DNA of 63,134 bases, filler included, from Craspedostauros australis (Eukaryota), in NCBI GenBank assembly GCA_030167865.1. It is 16 parts of 16 records of this genome, joined end to end, with 100 filler letters (N's around TTAATTAATTAA, not from the genome) between each part and the next. Parts side by side here need not be neighbours in the genome. Positions count along the whole stretch, not along the records: positions 35,640 to 40,881 come from JALAGF010004787.1; positions 40,982 to 45,898 come from JALAGF010004791.1; positions 45,999 to 48,472 come from JALAGF010004792.1; 13 more parts are not named here. The stretch is one strand, 5' to 3'. The position numbers were made by a program, and so were the translations under genes. Under the pieces are notes generated by a model. The model was not told the DNA's origin and made no database searches. It was given only the letters and a program-made list of their open reading frames with translations. Each line of letters starts with the position of its first letter. Position 1 is the first letter of the stretch. Shown here one piece after another: positions 35,640 to 48,470 of the stretch.

Positions 35640-38600
35640 GGGTGCACTGGACTCCGTTGGCGCTTGTGATGGCATGTCAGATGGAGCCACAGACTCTGTT
35701 GGTGCCTGGGAAGGCAGATCAGACGGTGCACTGGACTCAGTTGGTGCCTGCGAAGGCATGTCAGATGGCGCCACGGACTCAGTTGGTGCCTGAGAGGGCA
35801 GATCAGAGGGCGCGTTGGAATCAGTCGGTGCCTGGGAGGGCAGATCGGATGGCGCCACGGACTCAGTTGGTGACTGTGACGGCATGTCTGAAGGCGCCAC
35901 TGAATCGGTCGGCGCCTGCGATGGCAGATCGGAAGGCGCACTGGAGTCGCTCGGCGGAGCTGATCCTGTTGGGGTGGACGATGGTGCGCTGGAATCACTC
36001 GGTGCGCTGGACTCTGTCGGTGCCTGAGAGGGCATGTCTGATGGCGCCACGGACTCTGTTGGTGCCTGAGAGGGCAGATCCGATGGCGCACTGGACTCAG
36101 TTGGTGCTTGTGATGGCATGTCCGATGGCGCCACGGACTCTGTTGGTGTCTGTGACGGCAAGTCTGATGGAGCCACAGACTCTGTTGGTGCCTGGGAAGG
36201 CAGATCAGAGGGTGCGCTGGACTCCGTTGGTGCCTGCGATGGCATGTCTGATGGAGCCACAGACTCCGTTGGCGCCTGCGAAGGCAAATCGGACGGCGCC
36301 ACGGAATCCGTCGGAGCCTGGGAGGGCAGATCAGAGGGTGCACTGGATTCAGTTGGTGCCTGTGATGGCAGGTCAGAGGGCGCGCTGGATTCGGTTGGTG
36401 CTTGGGAGGGTAGATCCGATGGCGCAACGGACTCCGTTGGTGCTTGGGAAGGCAGATCCGATGGTGCGCTGGACTCCGTTGGCGCTTGGGATGGTAGGTC
36501 CGATGGCGCCACCGATTCTGTTGGCGATTGAGAGGGCAAGTCTGATGGTGCTACGGACTCCGTTGGTGTTTGGGAGGGAAGATCCGATGGTGCGACGGAA
36601 TCTGTTGGTGCCTGCGATGGTAGATCAGAGGGTGCCACGGACTCGGTTGGTGCTTGGGACGGCAAGTCCGATGGCGCCACTGATTCAGTTGGTGCCTGGG
36701 ACGGTAGATCGGAAGGCGCACTGGACTCTGTCGGGGTCTGTGATGGCAGATCAGAGGGTGCTACGGACTCGGTTGGTGCTTGAGACGGCAAATCCGAAGG
36801 CGCGACAGACTCCGTGGGAGCCTGAGATGGCAAATCTGATGGCGCCACAGACTCTGTGGGGCTCTGTGATGGCAGATCCGAAGGTGCGACGGACTCCGTT
36901 GGTGCTTGCGACGGCATGTCGGAAGGTGCGACGGACTCGGTGGGAGTCTGCGAGGGCAGATCAGAAGGCATGATGGATTCCGTTGGTGTTTGGGACGGCA
37001 TATCAGACGGCGCCACAGACTCGGTGGGAGTCTGCGATGGCATGTCTGAGGGAGCCACAGACTCGGTTGGTGCTTGAGACGGCAAATCCGAAGGTGCGAC
37101 AGACTCCGTCGGAGCCTGAGATGGCAAGTCTGATGGCGCCACAGACTCTGTCGGTGCCTGTGAGGGCAGATCCGAAGGTGCGACAGACTCCGTCGGAACC
37201 TGAGATGGCAAGTCTGATGGTGCCACAGACTCTGTCGGTGCCTGTGAGGGTAGATCCGAAGGTGCGACAGACTCCGTTGGTGCTTGCGATGGTAGATCCG
37301 AAGGCGCGACAGACTCCGTCGGAGCCTGAGATGGCAAATCTGATGGCGCCACAGACTCTGTCGGTGCCTGTGAGGGCAGATCAGAGGGCGCAATGGACTC
37401 AGTCGGAGTCTGGGACGGCATGTCGGACGGCGCCACGGACTCGGTGGGAGTCTGCGAGGGCAGATCAGAAGGCATGATGGATTCCGTTGGTGTTTGGGAC
37501 GGCATATCAGACGGCGCCACAGACTCGGTGGGAGTCTGCGATGGCATGTCTGAGGGAGCCACAGACTCGGTTGGTGCTTGAGACGGCAAATCCGAAGGTG
37601 CGACAGACTCCGTCGGAGCCTGAGATGGCAAGTCTGATGGCGCCACAGACTCTGTCGGTGCCTGTGAGGGCAGATCCGAAGGTGCGACAGACTCCGTTGG
37701 TGCTTGCGATGGTAGATCCGAAGGCGCGACAGACTCCGTCGGAGCCTGAGATGGCAAATCTGATGGCGCCACAGACTCTGTCGGTGCCTGTGAGGGCAGA
37801 TCAGAGGGCGCAATGGACTCAGTCGGAGTCTGGGACGGCATGTCGGACGGCGCCACGGACTCGGTGGGAGTCTGCGAGGGCAGGTCCGAGGGCGCGACAG
37901 ACTCCGTTGGTGCTTGGGACGGCAGGTCCGAAGGCGCCACGGACTCCGTCGGAGTCTGCGATGGCATGTCGGACGGCGCCACTGATTCGGTCGGGCTCTG
38001 TGATGGCAGATCAGAGGGTGCGACAGACTCCGTCGGAGCCTGAGATGGCAAATCTGATGGCGCCACAGACTCTGTCGGTGCCTGTGAGGGCAGATCAGAA
38101 GGTGCCACGGACTCCGTCGGTGCCTGCGACGGCATGTCGGAAGGTGCCACGGACTCAGTGGGAGTCTGCGAGGGCAAGTCTGATGGTGCGCTGGATTCCG
38201 TTGGTGCTTGAGATGGCAGATCAGAGGGAGCCATGGACTCTGTCGGAGTCTGGGACGGCATATCGGAAGGCGCAATGGACTCTGTCGGTGCTTGGGATGG
38301 CAGATCAGACGGCGCAATGGACTCAGTCGGAGTCTGCGACGGCATGTCTGATGGCGCCACAGACTCCGTCGGGGTCTGGGATGGCAAATCCGAAGGTGCC
38401 ACGGACTCGGTTGGTGCCTGGGACGGCATATCAGACGGTGCTACAGACTCAGTGGGAGTCTGCGAGGGCAAGTCTGATGGTGCGCTGGACTCCGTTGGTG
38501 CTTGAGATGGCACATCAGAGGGAGCCATGGACTCAGTTGGAGTCTGGGACGGCATATCGGACGGTGCCACTGACTCTGTCGGTGCTTGGGATGGCAGATC

Positions 38601-40634
38601 AGACGGCGCAATGGACTCAGTCGGAGTCTGCGACGGCATGTCTGATGGCGCCACAGACTCCGTCGGGGTCTGGGATGGCAAATCCGAAGGTGCCACGGAC
38701 TCGGTTGGTGCCTGGGACGGCATATCAGACGGTGCTACAGACTCAGTGGGAGTCTGCGAGGGCAAGTCTGATGGTGCGCTGGACTCCGTTGGTGCTTGAG
38801 ATGGCACATCAGAGGGAGCCATGGACTCTGTCGGAGTCTGGGACGGCATGTCGGACGGCGCCACTGATTCGGTCGGGCTCTGTGATGGCAGATCAGACGG
38901 CGCAATGGACTCAGTCGGAGTCTGAGATGGCATGTCTGAGGGAGCCACGGACTCAGTGGGGGTCTGCGAGGGTAGATCCGACGGTGCAACGGACTCGGTT
39001 GGTGCCTGGGACGGCATATCCGAGGGAGCCACGGACTCAGTGGGGGTCTGAGAGGGCAAATCCGAAGGTGCCACGGACTCGGTTGGTGCCTGGGACGGCA
39101 TATCAGAGGGAGCCACGGACTCAGTGGGGGTCTGAGAGGGCAGATCTGATGGTGCGCTGGAATCCGTTGGAGCTTGAGATGGCAGATCGGAGGGTGCACT
39201 GGAGTTGGTCGGGGTTTGAGATGGAGTGGTAGAGGGCGCGCTGGAGTCAGTTGGAGTCTGGGACGGAGTGGTAGACGGCGCAGCGGACTTCGATGGAGAC
39301 TGAGAAGGCGTGGTGGACGGCGCAGCGGACTTCGTTGGAGACTGGGACGGGGTGGCGGATGGTGCGGCGGACTTCGTTGGAGACTGAGATGGAGTGGTGG
39401 ACGGTGCAGCGGACTTTGTTGGGGTCTGGGACGGAGTGGCGGATGGCGCAGCGGACTTCGTTGGAGTCTGAGATGGAGTGGTGGAGGGCGCAGCGGACTT
39501 TGTTGGAGTCTGAGACGGAGTGGTAGAGGGTGCGGCGGACTTCGTTGGAGACTGGGACGGGGTGGTGGAGGGCGCAGCGGACTTCGTTGGGGCCTGAGAC
39601 GGGGCACTGGAGGGCGCAGTTGTGCGTGTCGGGACTCCCGATGGTGCCTGGGATGGTTTCGCGGTGTCGGTTGGGACGAACGAAGGCTCCGAGGAGGGAA
39701 AGACCACTGCGCCGGGATCTGCGGTTGGTGTTTCGCTCGGGGCCTCCGAGAACCCACCGCCCTCGCCGTCGGGGGTGCAGATAATTTTGGTGTAAGTCTC
39801 AATAGCGCCTCCCTTGATGGCCTTGCCGCTTGGGGTAAGCTGGAAGCGGGTCCTGACTTCTTCGAAGCAGGTGCCTGGAGGTAGTGTGGTGGGCCCCGTG
39901 CCGGGCGTGGTACCCTTGGGACCCTTGACTGGAAGGAATGTGAGGTTTCCGGTCTTACTTGCCTTTCCTGTCGCGTCGACAGTAGCTCCTGTTGGGGCGC
40001 TGGGGCTGGTGGGTCCTGTTGGCGTGGTCGGACTCGGGGGCAGGTGGATGTTGCGCCTCTGCTGGCGGTGCATCTGGTTGGCCATGGGGATTCCGTCCAC
40101 CTGATGCCCCGAGAACCAGACCTTGCTGTTGAGCATGGGAGCGTGGTCGTGCAGCTGCTTGTCGATGTTGGGGGCATCATCCAAGATGTTGATGCCGCCG
40201 TGACCTCTCAGGTTGCCGACATCGCTGGTTGTGGCGACAGCAGCACCGTGAGAAGCGGACGGAACGGCTCCGAACTGGGTCACCTGGATCCTGCTGGCGA
40301 CGGGGAGTTGGGACGCAGAATCCTTGCTGTCTTGCGCAAAGGCGTCCCACGCCTGCTTGGCTTGGGTGCCGTCGCTTCCGTCGCTCCCGTTGCTCTTGGC
40401 AGCCTCGTCGCGCTTGGAACCCTTCGATGCCGAGCCGTAGCCGAGGCCGCCGAAAACGATGGATTCGGCGAATGCTGCCTCCGTCGCTTCCTCGTTGTCG
40501 TTCTCATCCTTGCGCTTCTGCTGGTGGGCATGGTGTTTGCGCTGCTCCGGCTGGACTTGCTGCGCCTTGGCTGTCGTCAGCACTGAGGCGGCGCCGAGCA
40601 CCGTCGAGATGGCGACCTTGGAGATGATGGGCAT
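35640..40634 (-). CDS. Large secreted mucin-like PTS-rich protein (>1660 aa, 3'-partial) with >90 14-aa repeats
   Basis: Signal peptide MPIISKVAISTVLGAASVLTTAKA; several KxxK motifs; repeats KSAAPSTTPSQ(S/T)PT then ESVAPSD(L/M)PSQ(A/T)PT with third-position variation. Confidence 0.92.
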
Positions 40635-40981
40635 CTTGGTGTTGCGTTTGCGGAGTTCAGATCGGAGAGGAGTGTGCTTGTGTATCGCAGAGTGCGTTTG
40701 TGCTCGCTGTGACAATCGTACTGGTTGCTGCTGGCTGCTGATACTGGTACTGAAAGTGATCGTCGTGGTTTTGTGATCCTTGTTGCGCGTTTGTCCCTTC
40801 TGCCTTTGGCTCTCAGCCTTCACTTACAACTTCACCTGCTTTTTGTTTGCGGTGGCGTGATGCACGCACTTTGTGAGTGGGNNNNNNNNNNNNNNNNNNN
40901 NNNNNNNNNNNNNNNNNNNNNNNNNTTAATTAATTAANNNNNNNNNNNNNNNNNNNNNNNNNNNNNNNNNNNNNNNNNNNN

Positions 40982-43900
40982 GCGCATCCAATGCCGCAAG
41001 GCTGGCGACAACGAAGCCTTCCGCCCCAAGGGACGCAACAAAATCAAGAGCAGGAAATCAAATGCAGGAAGATTCCAAAACAAGCACAACACGAACAAGA
41101 GAGATGTGTTTGAAACCATCCACAAGGTTTTGCAAGAGCTTGGAGTGAAGAACCTTGCGACTGTGCTGGCCGACTTGCCGCATTACGGGTTTGTGTTGGG
41201 GCGCAATTCCGACAAGCAAGTGTGGAGCAAAGCAAAGAAGATCTTCGCAGTGGCCTCCAATGCGCTGTGGAAAGCGTTGATCCCAGCCATGACCTTGCCA
41301 GTTCCTCAGATGGAGCAAGTGGTTGCGTTCGTGCGCGCGGGAGTGGACTTGCCACCAGTCAAGCTGGCTCCCAACCTATACACGATTTGCCTCGTCGGCG
41401 AGAAGAACATCGCACGAACAGCAAGGTGCATTCTCGCCATGTCTGCTTCGCCACGCCAGTGCACAAACCTCCTCACCCAATCCAAGGGCGAACTTCCTGA
41501 CGTTCAGCGTCTCGGCCTCTTGCCACATCAATACACCGTCACGCAGGGCCAGCTCCTCACTCTGCGCAACTACTACGAGCTGTTGCGCGAGGGCAACGTG
41601 GCTAGTGCTGCTGTCTACAACTATCGCGTCAGCGCTTACAGCTTGGCTGGCGTGGTGTCCTTCATCAGCAACACAACCACATACAAGGTGGGCCTTTGTC
41701 ACAATATCAAATTGGGAGGGGTGATATTTGAAAACGTGCCAGTATTCGAATGTGGCAGAACGAGCGTAGACGAGCTGTTCCACATGTACAAGATTATGAC
41801 GAACAATCCAGTCAGCAAGCTAGCATTCTGAGCAATGACAGGCCTGCTCACACACAGAGACAAAGTGGTTACTGGTCTCTCCTCTTTTTAAAACTACTTC
41901 TGGATGGCAATGGAGACGTTGAAGGAGATGCTCATGCGCTTGAATACCCTACTCGAGGATTCATTCAACAGTGATGACGGACACGACGACCTAACTGTGG
42001 AGTATATTCAAACCTGTGAGACATTGGTGCGCGATCTGGACCTAATGATCACATNCCTCAAGTGGGAGTATACTGCGTCGCACATGCAGATCAAGTGCAA
42101 AGAAGACTGCATGCACTGCGCTCATTTCGCGCTTCGCCGCGATCCAAAAACGCGACAGGCTAAATCTACACTCAACACCACCACCACAACAGCACCTGCC
42201 AGCACCAATATGACATGCGTGGTCATTCATCCTCCCACAACAACAACAGAGTGTGATGTCAATGCCATTTCTCCCATCACTCATGATCAACAAGGCAAAG
42301 TATGCGACAGATGTGGAGACGCGATGCGATTCATGGATGTTCACGTCGCACCATTCGTCGAGACGCTCAAGGCCAATCATCTTGGCGACCATGAGGATGA
42401 ATTAGGCAGTATGCTGGAGGCGGTACTGGGCTTCAACAATGAGATCACTGTGTACATGGCACACCGAGTGAGAGCAAAGGTCCAATTTGATCAGATGAAC
42501 AAGTACAAGGCCAAGCTCAACAACAATGGCAAGTGCGCCTACGTCGTCATCGACCATGAACAGAAGATTCTGCCGACGGCACAAGGATGATCACAGACAG
42601 AGTACTGGGGCAAGAAGGGTATGTCACTCCTTGGTGTTATGATTGTCACTTGCAAAGATGACGAATTCATGTATCGCTTTGTTGATATAATTGTTCATGG
42701 CCGGCCAACCCAAGACACGCTTCAAGTTGGTGGGCTTCTCAAAGTCATCCAGAAGAAGGTACGCGATCTCCTACCATCAGTGACAGAAATCATCCTGCGG
42801 TCAGACAATGCCGGCTGCTTCGCCAGACACGAGCACATCGCGCTTGTCTCATCACGGATTAACAAGGACGCGGCAGCCAAAGGGCTTCCCCAATTCATTG
42901 TTTGGATCTACGCAGAAGCCCAAACCGGCAAAGGGCGAATCGACACTCGCTTCGCCTCCATCACTATCGTACTACGATCCTACGCGCAAAGCGGCGGCAA
43001 GATTCAAACCGAACACGAAATTTTCGTCGCGATGCGAATGGGAAATATCAGAGGTACTACCACCGCCTTGGTTGACGCATCGGGTTTGAAAGGTTGCTGT
43101 GTGACGCACAAGACAAATGCACACATCAGCTTCCGCGCGAAGGGCATGAATGTACGATCAACGCACAAGGTGCAACACAGAAACGGCTACGCAGACGTAC
43201 TTGCAGCTTCAAATGTTACTGATCCAGTGCATGTGGAGGAAGCTGAATGGGAAGACTATGACGTCATGAATTCCGAGGTTCCTATCATGATAGAACACCA
43301 GTCCACACAAGAGCCACTCGCAGCAACATCACCACAGAAGCAGAAAAAGACCCTCAGGTTCGCGAAGAGTGCCACCGAAAGCAAGGCGCTGACGTACCTC
43401 GAAGGGATCAACATGGCAGCCTTGGAGACACCTGACGTAAGTAGTGTGCTGCAGGACACCACAGCAGCAACAGAACATCNNNNNNNNNNNNNNNNNNNNN
43501 NNNNNNNNNNNNNNNNNNNNNGTAACAAGCCCATTCGCCCATACCTGGTGGAAGTGTTGGAGGAGGTGTGCAGAGTGGCACGCGCGGACCCGAAGAACAG
43601 ACCAACTGAGTACAAGGCATTCAGGCGGTGCAAGGAGACGACCGAAATGAAGACTGACTGGTATGCGCGGGAACACGTGAACCCAATGCGAGTGAAGCAA
43701 TACATGTCCGCGTCGTACCAGCGCACGAAACCGAAGCCCACGAACATGAGTACCCTGGAAACCACGATCAACAAAAACGCAACGAACACAACNNNCACCC
43801 CACCACCGACGAACGCGAACAGCACCCACACAGAGATCGTGCCTGCACAACACACAACAGCAGATGAGGAGGAAATCGCGTTGCAACAAGAAGAAAACGA

Positions 43901-44450
43901 AGCATCGGAGCAAATTGCGTGCGAGACACAAACAATGAAGGAGAATACGGAATCTCCGGAGCTGGTGGAACAAAATGTGAGGACACAATTGTTGCGGCGA
44001 GTCAGAGCTGCAATGGAGGCAAGTTATTACACACGTGAAACCCAATTAAGATGAAAAGGGGTAAAGATGCAGATTATGAGTCTTATCGATGTCGTACGAG
44101 TCTGTGCAACTGCTTCACTGCTGGATCGTCCTTGATTGGTGCGCGCGTTCACAAAGTAACGTCAATTCAACGGTTTCACACGTATCACGGATTGGAGGGA
44201 CTAACAAAATAAATTAGCACTGCAATTGACATCGATAATTCTTCTTTTGGCGATACGAATCAAGGCACCAAGACACCAAATCTGGCCGTAGTGCGCTAGT
44301 CGTGTCTAGATGAGCGCGAAATCGATGGGTCCATAAAACTTAAAATAAACCATTAAAGCAAAATCGGGGTCCACTGCGATTCTTATATTTTTCTCTAGTT
44401 TATGAATATGTGGGTGGTTTGGTTGAAATCCCCGTAAGTTGCCACCCCTC
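40982..44450 (+). mobile_element. Sola3-like DDD transposon; transposase inactivated by in-frame stops; probable right terminus at about 44450
   Basis: Three ORFs share one frame (stops at 41829, 41889, 42588); motifs VVIDHEQKILP...YWGKKGMS, LRSDNAGCF, AQTGKGRIDTRFA; end TTGCCACCCCTC. Confidence 0.7.
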
Positions 44451-45277
44451 CAGGACCAACTGCAGGTCCCGTCACACAACCGGGTCATACAACATCAACC
44501 AGAAAGAAAATTCTCGTGACTCTCACACATAACGCAGTGCATGGCGGGCTCGACAAAATCATTGGCTTCGACATGTCGCATGGTGGATGCGACATCACAG
44601 GTGCGCTGACGCAACGCTCAAGCAAGTGGACGAAAGCGAACCCACCTGCCTCCAAAATGTGGCGAGGAACGTTTGTGGTTGGATCTTTCAAACTCCCCAC
44701 AAGTTCCGTTTCTCCACCCGACCAGAGGAACTCGTTTTTCATTGGCACGATTCATTTCCAAGCAAGAATAACGAGCGTCCCTCTATCGGCACAGGCGGGA
44801 AGGGTGAAGGTGGCGACACTGCGCAACCAGTCGTACGGCCTATCCGCCCTGAGCTTCCTCCTTCGCCTTGCTCATGCCAAGCGACGCTCCAAGCGCATGC
44901 TCTTCACTCGTACACACCGGTACCACGGTCCTCGTATCATCTATGACATCCTAACCTCCTGTCCATGCAGAGAGAAAGAGAGATCTACGGATGATGAACC
45001 GGATCCACTCGGCCTAGTTCATCCGTTCATGCCAGAGAATACCACACCACATCAAACAAACGAGAAGCGGATGAATGAGAATTGGAAGTTAAACGATTGA
45101 TTTTAGTTCTGGTTCGGATTATCCATACATGTCTTTGGTTGCTGTTGCATGTTTGCTGTATCTGGTGTAGATACTGCTGCTGCCGACAGCGGTCCCGGCA
45201 TGCGGACCATCGACGAATCGAAGAAAATCTCACAAGACATGGAATGTTGTTGCTTGCTGGATGGTTGGGTCTGCGGC

Positions 45278-45898
45278 TTAGGCTTCTCCGACAGACTCGG
45301 CGACCTCGGCCTCCACCTCCTTCTCTGGCATCTCCTCGTCGTCAGCGACGAGTCCGGTGTGCTCGGAGAGGGCGGCGATGCGGGCCTTGAGGAACTCCAT
45401 GTCCTCTGGGAGGGCCTGGATGGCCTCCTGGCGGGTCTGACGGGCGACCATGGTGTCGTAGCAGGCCTCCTTACCGCCGTTGAACTGGCAGTAGTAGCCA
45501 ACGTAGACGATGATGAAGAAGAGACCGACGGTCAAGCAGGATCCGAGGGTGGTGAAGGCCTTCTTGTCCTGGGTGAACAACCAGGAGAGGCCGAGGAAGA
45601 GGAGTGGGACGATCAGGAACATGACGATGATGTACATCAATGGGAATCCACGCCAGACGCGGGTTCCCTTTCCGAGCTGGCGGGCGGCCATGAGAGGCAC
45701 CTGGCGCATGAATGGAATTGGGTACCAGATGATGATTCCGGAAATGTTGAAGAGCAAGTGGGCAAGGGCGACGCGGAGGGCGTTGGTTCCATCGGTGACG
45801 AAGGCGGAGAGGATGGCGGTACCGGTGGTTCCGATGTTGGCTCCGAGGGTCAGTGGAAGCATCTGCTCAAGACGGAGGACTCCCATACCGACGAGTGG
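45278..45898 (-). CDS. SLC34/NptA-family Na+/phosphate cotransporter, C-terminal part
   Basis: MLPLTLGANIGTTGTA signature and ALAHLLFNISGIIIWYP, with TM helices. Confidence 0.92.
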   Translation of the reverse strand, partial: PLVGMGVLRLEQMLPLTLGANIGTTGTAILSAFVTDGTNALRVALAHLLFNISGIIIWYPIPFMRQVPLMAARQLGKGTRVWRGFPLMYIIVMFLIVPLLFLGLSWLFTQDKKAFTTLGSCLTVGLFFIIVYVGYYCQFNGGKEACYDTMVARQTRQEAIQALPEDMEFLKARIAALSEHTGLVADDEEMPEKEVEAEVAESVGEA

Positions 45899-46069
45899 NN
45901 NNNNNNNNNNNNNNNNNNNNNNNNNNNNNNNNNNNNNNNNNNTTAATTAATTAANNNNNNNNNNNNNNNNNNNNNNNNNNNNNNNNNNNNNNNNNNNNTG
46001 GTGGTGGTGTTTGTTGCTGTGTTGGTGGGTGATGGAAACGTTGGATTTCAATCGTAACGTTTCGAAACG

Positions 46070-46846
46070 TGTTGGAAATCCGAGGTTATAGTAGTAGACT
46101 AATCTGTTATCAGTCTGTACCGTTTTAGAACTGTGAGCACAACATGCTCATCTCCTTTCGATTCCAATTCACAACAAGCATGATCTGTAGTAGCCACCCG
46201 AGGTTACACCCTTCAGCTTGGCTCCTTTCGTCTGCATCTTCATCTTGCTTTCGTCGTGGTTCATCGCTTGCTTGGCTGAGGATTGGAGAGCACCTACATT
46301 CGTCAAGTTCATACTTGTAGACCTGTAGGTACCTCTCCTTCGGTCTCCTGTCACCTCACTGGTCCCACTTCATTTCAGTTCCTCCCTTTGGTCATCTTGA
46401 TGGTTGCCTTAGGATGCTTGGAACTTATTGTCATCTGGATCGTGGTCTTGGGTGAATATGGATCGCCTCTGTTTCGCTTTCTCACGTTAGGTTCTCAGGG
46501 ACGCGTCGACTTGTTCAGATATATTGGTTGTCGCGCTCATTCGATTCACTCAGGGCTGGTGTGTTGCCATCNNNNNNNNNNNNNNNNNNNNNNNNNNNNN
46601 NNNNNNNNNNNNNNNNNNNNNNNNNNNNNNNNNNNNNNNNNNNNNNNNNNNNNNNNNNNNNNNNNNNNNNNNNNNNNNNNNNNNNNNNNNNNNNNNNNNN
46701 NNNNNNNNNNNNNNNNNNNNTGCTATTGGGGGTTGCGGCAATCATGGGTATCTTTGCACTTAATACCATTCCTGTTCCAGTCAGTCCTCATGGGAGCTGC
46801 GGTAGAATAGGGTATCTTTGCAAAGTCGTACCCCCGATTCCTGACA
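46070..46846 (-). mobile_element. Putative LTR, second copy (contains a gap)
   Basis: Same termini and adjacent palindrome as 32364-33007. Confidence 0.6.
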
Positions 46847-46959
46847 CACGGAGGGAGGACCTGACATTGTCCCAGCAAGCGGAGTTGGCGGGAATCTACG
46901 GTGCGCCGATGACGGTTTGGGAAATGAAGAAGAGGTTTGGAATACAAGGTGGATGGGTG

Positions 46960-48470
46960 CGCTGACGCTGTGACAACCTGCAAGCCCTGAAGGTGTTGGA
47001 GTGGGTACATTAATTGGATCTGGCGAGTCCTGGTCACGACATGATGGTGGCTGCCATGAGGGTCCAAAGCCAGCTGAGTACAACGTTTGTGGGACAACAC
47101 GTGCGTGGGCATCAGGACGAGCACAAGAAGCCTGACAAACTTGATGTGTGGGAGCATATGAATGTCACTACAGACCGGATCGCAGTACAGCAATGACGAA
47201 TGCTCGAAGAGGGCGATGCGTGGAGCTCTCACCAGAACACAGGGACGTGATTGTGGCACATTGCAAGACAAGGCGTTCGCAGGTCGAGCATCATGTATGC
47301 CAGTGTCGTTGGAGATGTGGTGGAGGTAGACATGGCGAGGGTCAGGGTGGAGCAAGGCATGAAGGTGATCAGTGGTGATGCCAACAAAAGCGCGCAACGA
47401 CGGGTGGTGGGCGAGCTCACTAATACACAGAGGGTGCTCACCATGGAGCTCACAATACAGGAGGTGGCTGTGGGAATGCAGATGGTTTGGTAGAAGGCAA
47501 GGACGAGTGACAGCTGCCCCAGGTGCNGCAAGATGGAAACTCATGGCCACCTCTGGGTCTGCTGCTCACTGGAATCGATGGCATTTTGGAAAGTGCAGCG
47601 GAAACGGCTGAGGATCACAATGTGGAAGATGCCGACTCATCCTGCCATTGCGAAAATATGGTTGAGCAATGTCAAGCAAGTGTTGAGAGGGCTGGGACCT
47701 GTTGGACGCATATGCGCAAACTGGGCTGAGGCAAAGCTGATGGACAATCAACAGGAGGCAGGATGGGATTGACTGGTCACGGGCGTGATCGTGGGGTCAT
47801 GGACTGAGTTACAGGAGCAGTACTACGCGCAAATCGGTTGCAGGCTGTCCACAGCAAGGTGGGCGGCACGGATTGTGCGCAAGCTCTGGAAGGTGGCATG
47901 GGAGCATTGGCACCAACGCAATCAGGTGATGCATCGCACTGATGAGGGGCCAGAGGCTCACATGAGGCAGGTGGTGCGAGACTACAGCTCAACCCTGCAA
48001 GACGCAGCACAACTATGAGGGGCAAGCATGGCTATGTGGGCCCAACTACAGCTGTCAGGCAAAGGAGCCACAGCTATGGGAACGGCCGAAATATGGTTTG
48101 GACAAGTGCACCGAGTGCTGCAGATACCAGGCAATCAAGTTCCTGTTGAAGTCCGAACTTGGCTCCGCCGATGGCGGTAGCTGGCCATCGTGAACGAGGC
48201 TGTCCCTGGATTTCCCTGCATGAGTACACAAATACATACACCATACTATTACCAGAGAGCCACGAATAGTGGAGAGCAGGATAGGTAGAGGCTGTCGTGA
48301 TCCCCTGAGCGTGCATACATATTGACTCGATAGCCGTTCTGCCTCGTGCCCTACACGAGATAAAAGCGGGCAGTGTAAAAAGCCTACGGCGCAGGCTGGG
48401 CACACACTAATCAACTTAATCCATGGGTTATATATATAGTGCAATGAAGCACAGTGACTTATCCTTTGGT
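46960..48470 (+). mobile_element. Degenerate 3' part of an RNase H-containing LINE
   Basis: HVRGHQD...N...D.IA (RNase H end), CPRC zinc motif, QQEAGW...W...WAARIVRKLW..AW..WHQRN; many stops. Confidence 0.7.

Noticed and set aside
35642..39884. Long alternative-frame and antisense ORFs over the mucin gene
   Set aside because: Shadows of the 42-bp repeat; variation is synonymous only in the PTS frame.
41829..42590. Programmed readthrough or an alternative genetic code in the Sola3-like ORF
   Set aside because: Mixed TGA and TAA stops with no CARYYA context; simple decay is more likely.
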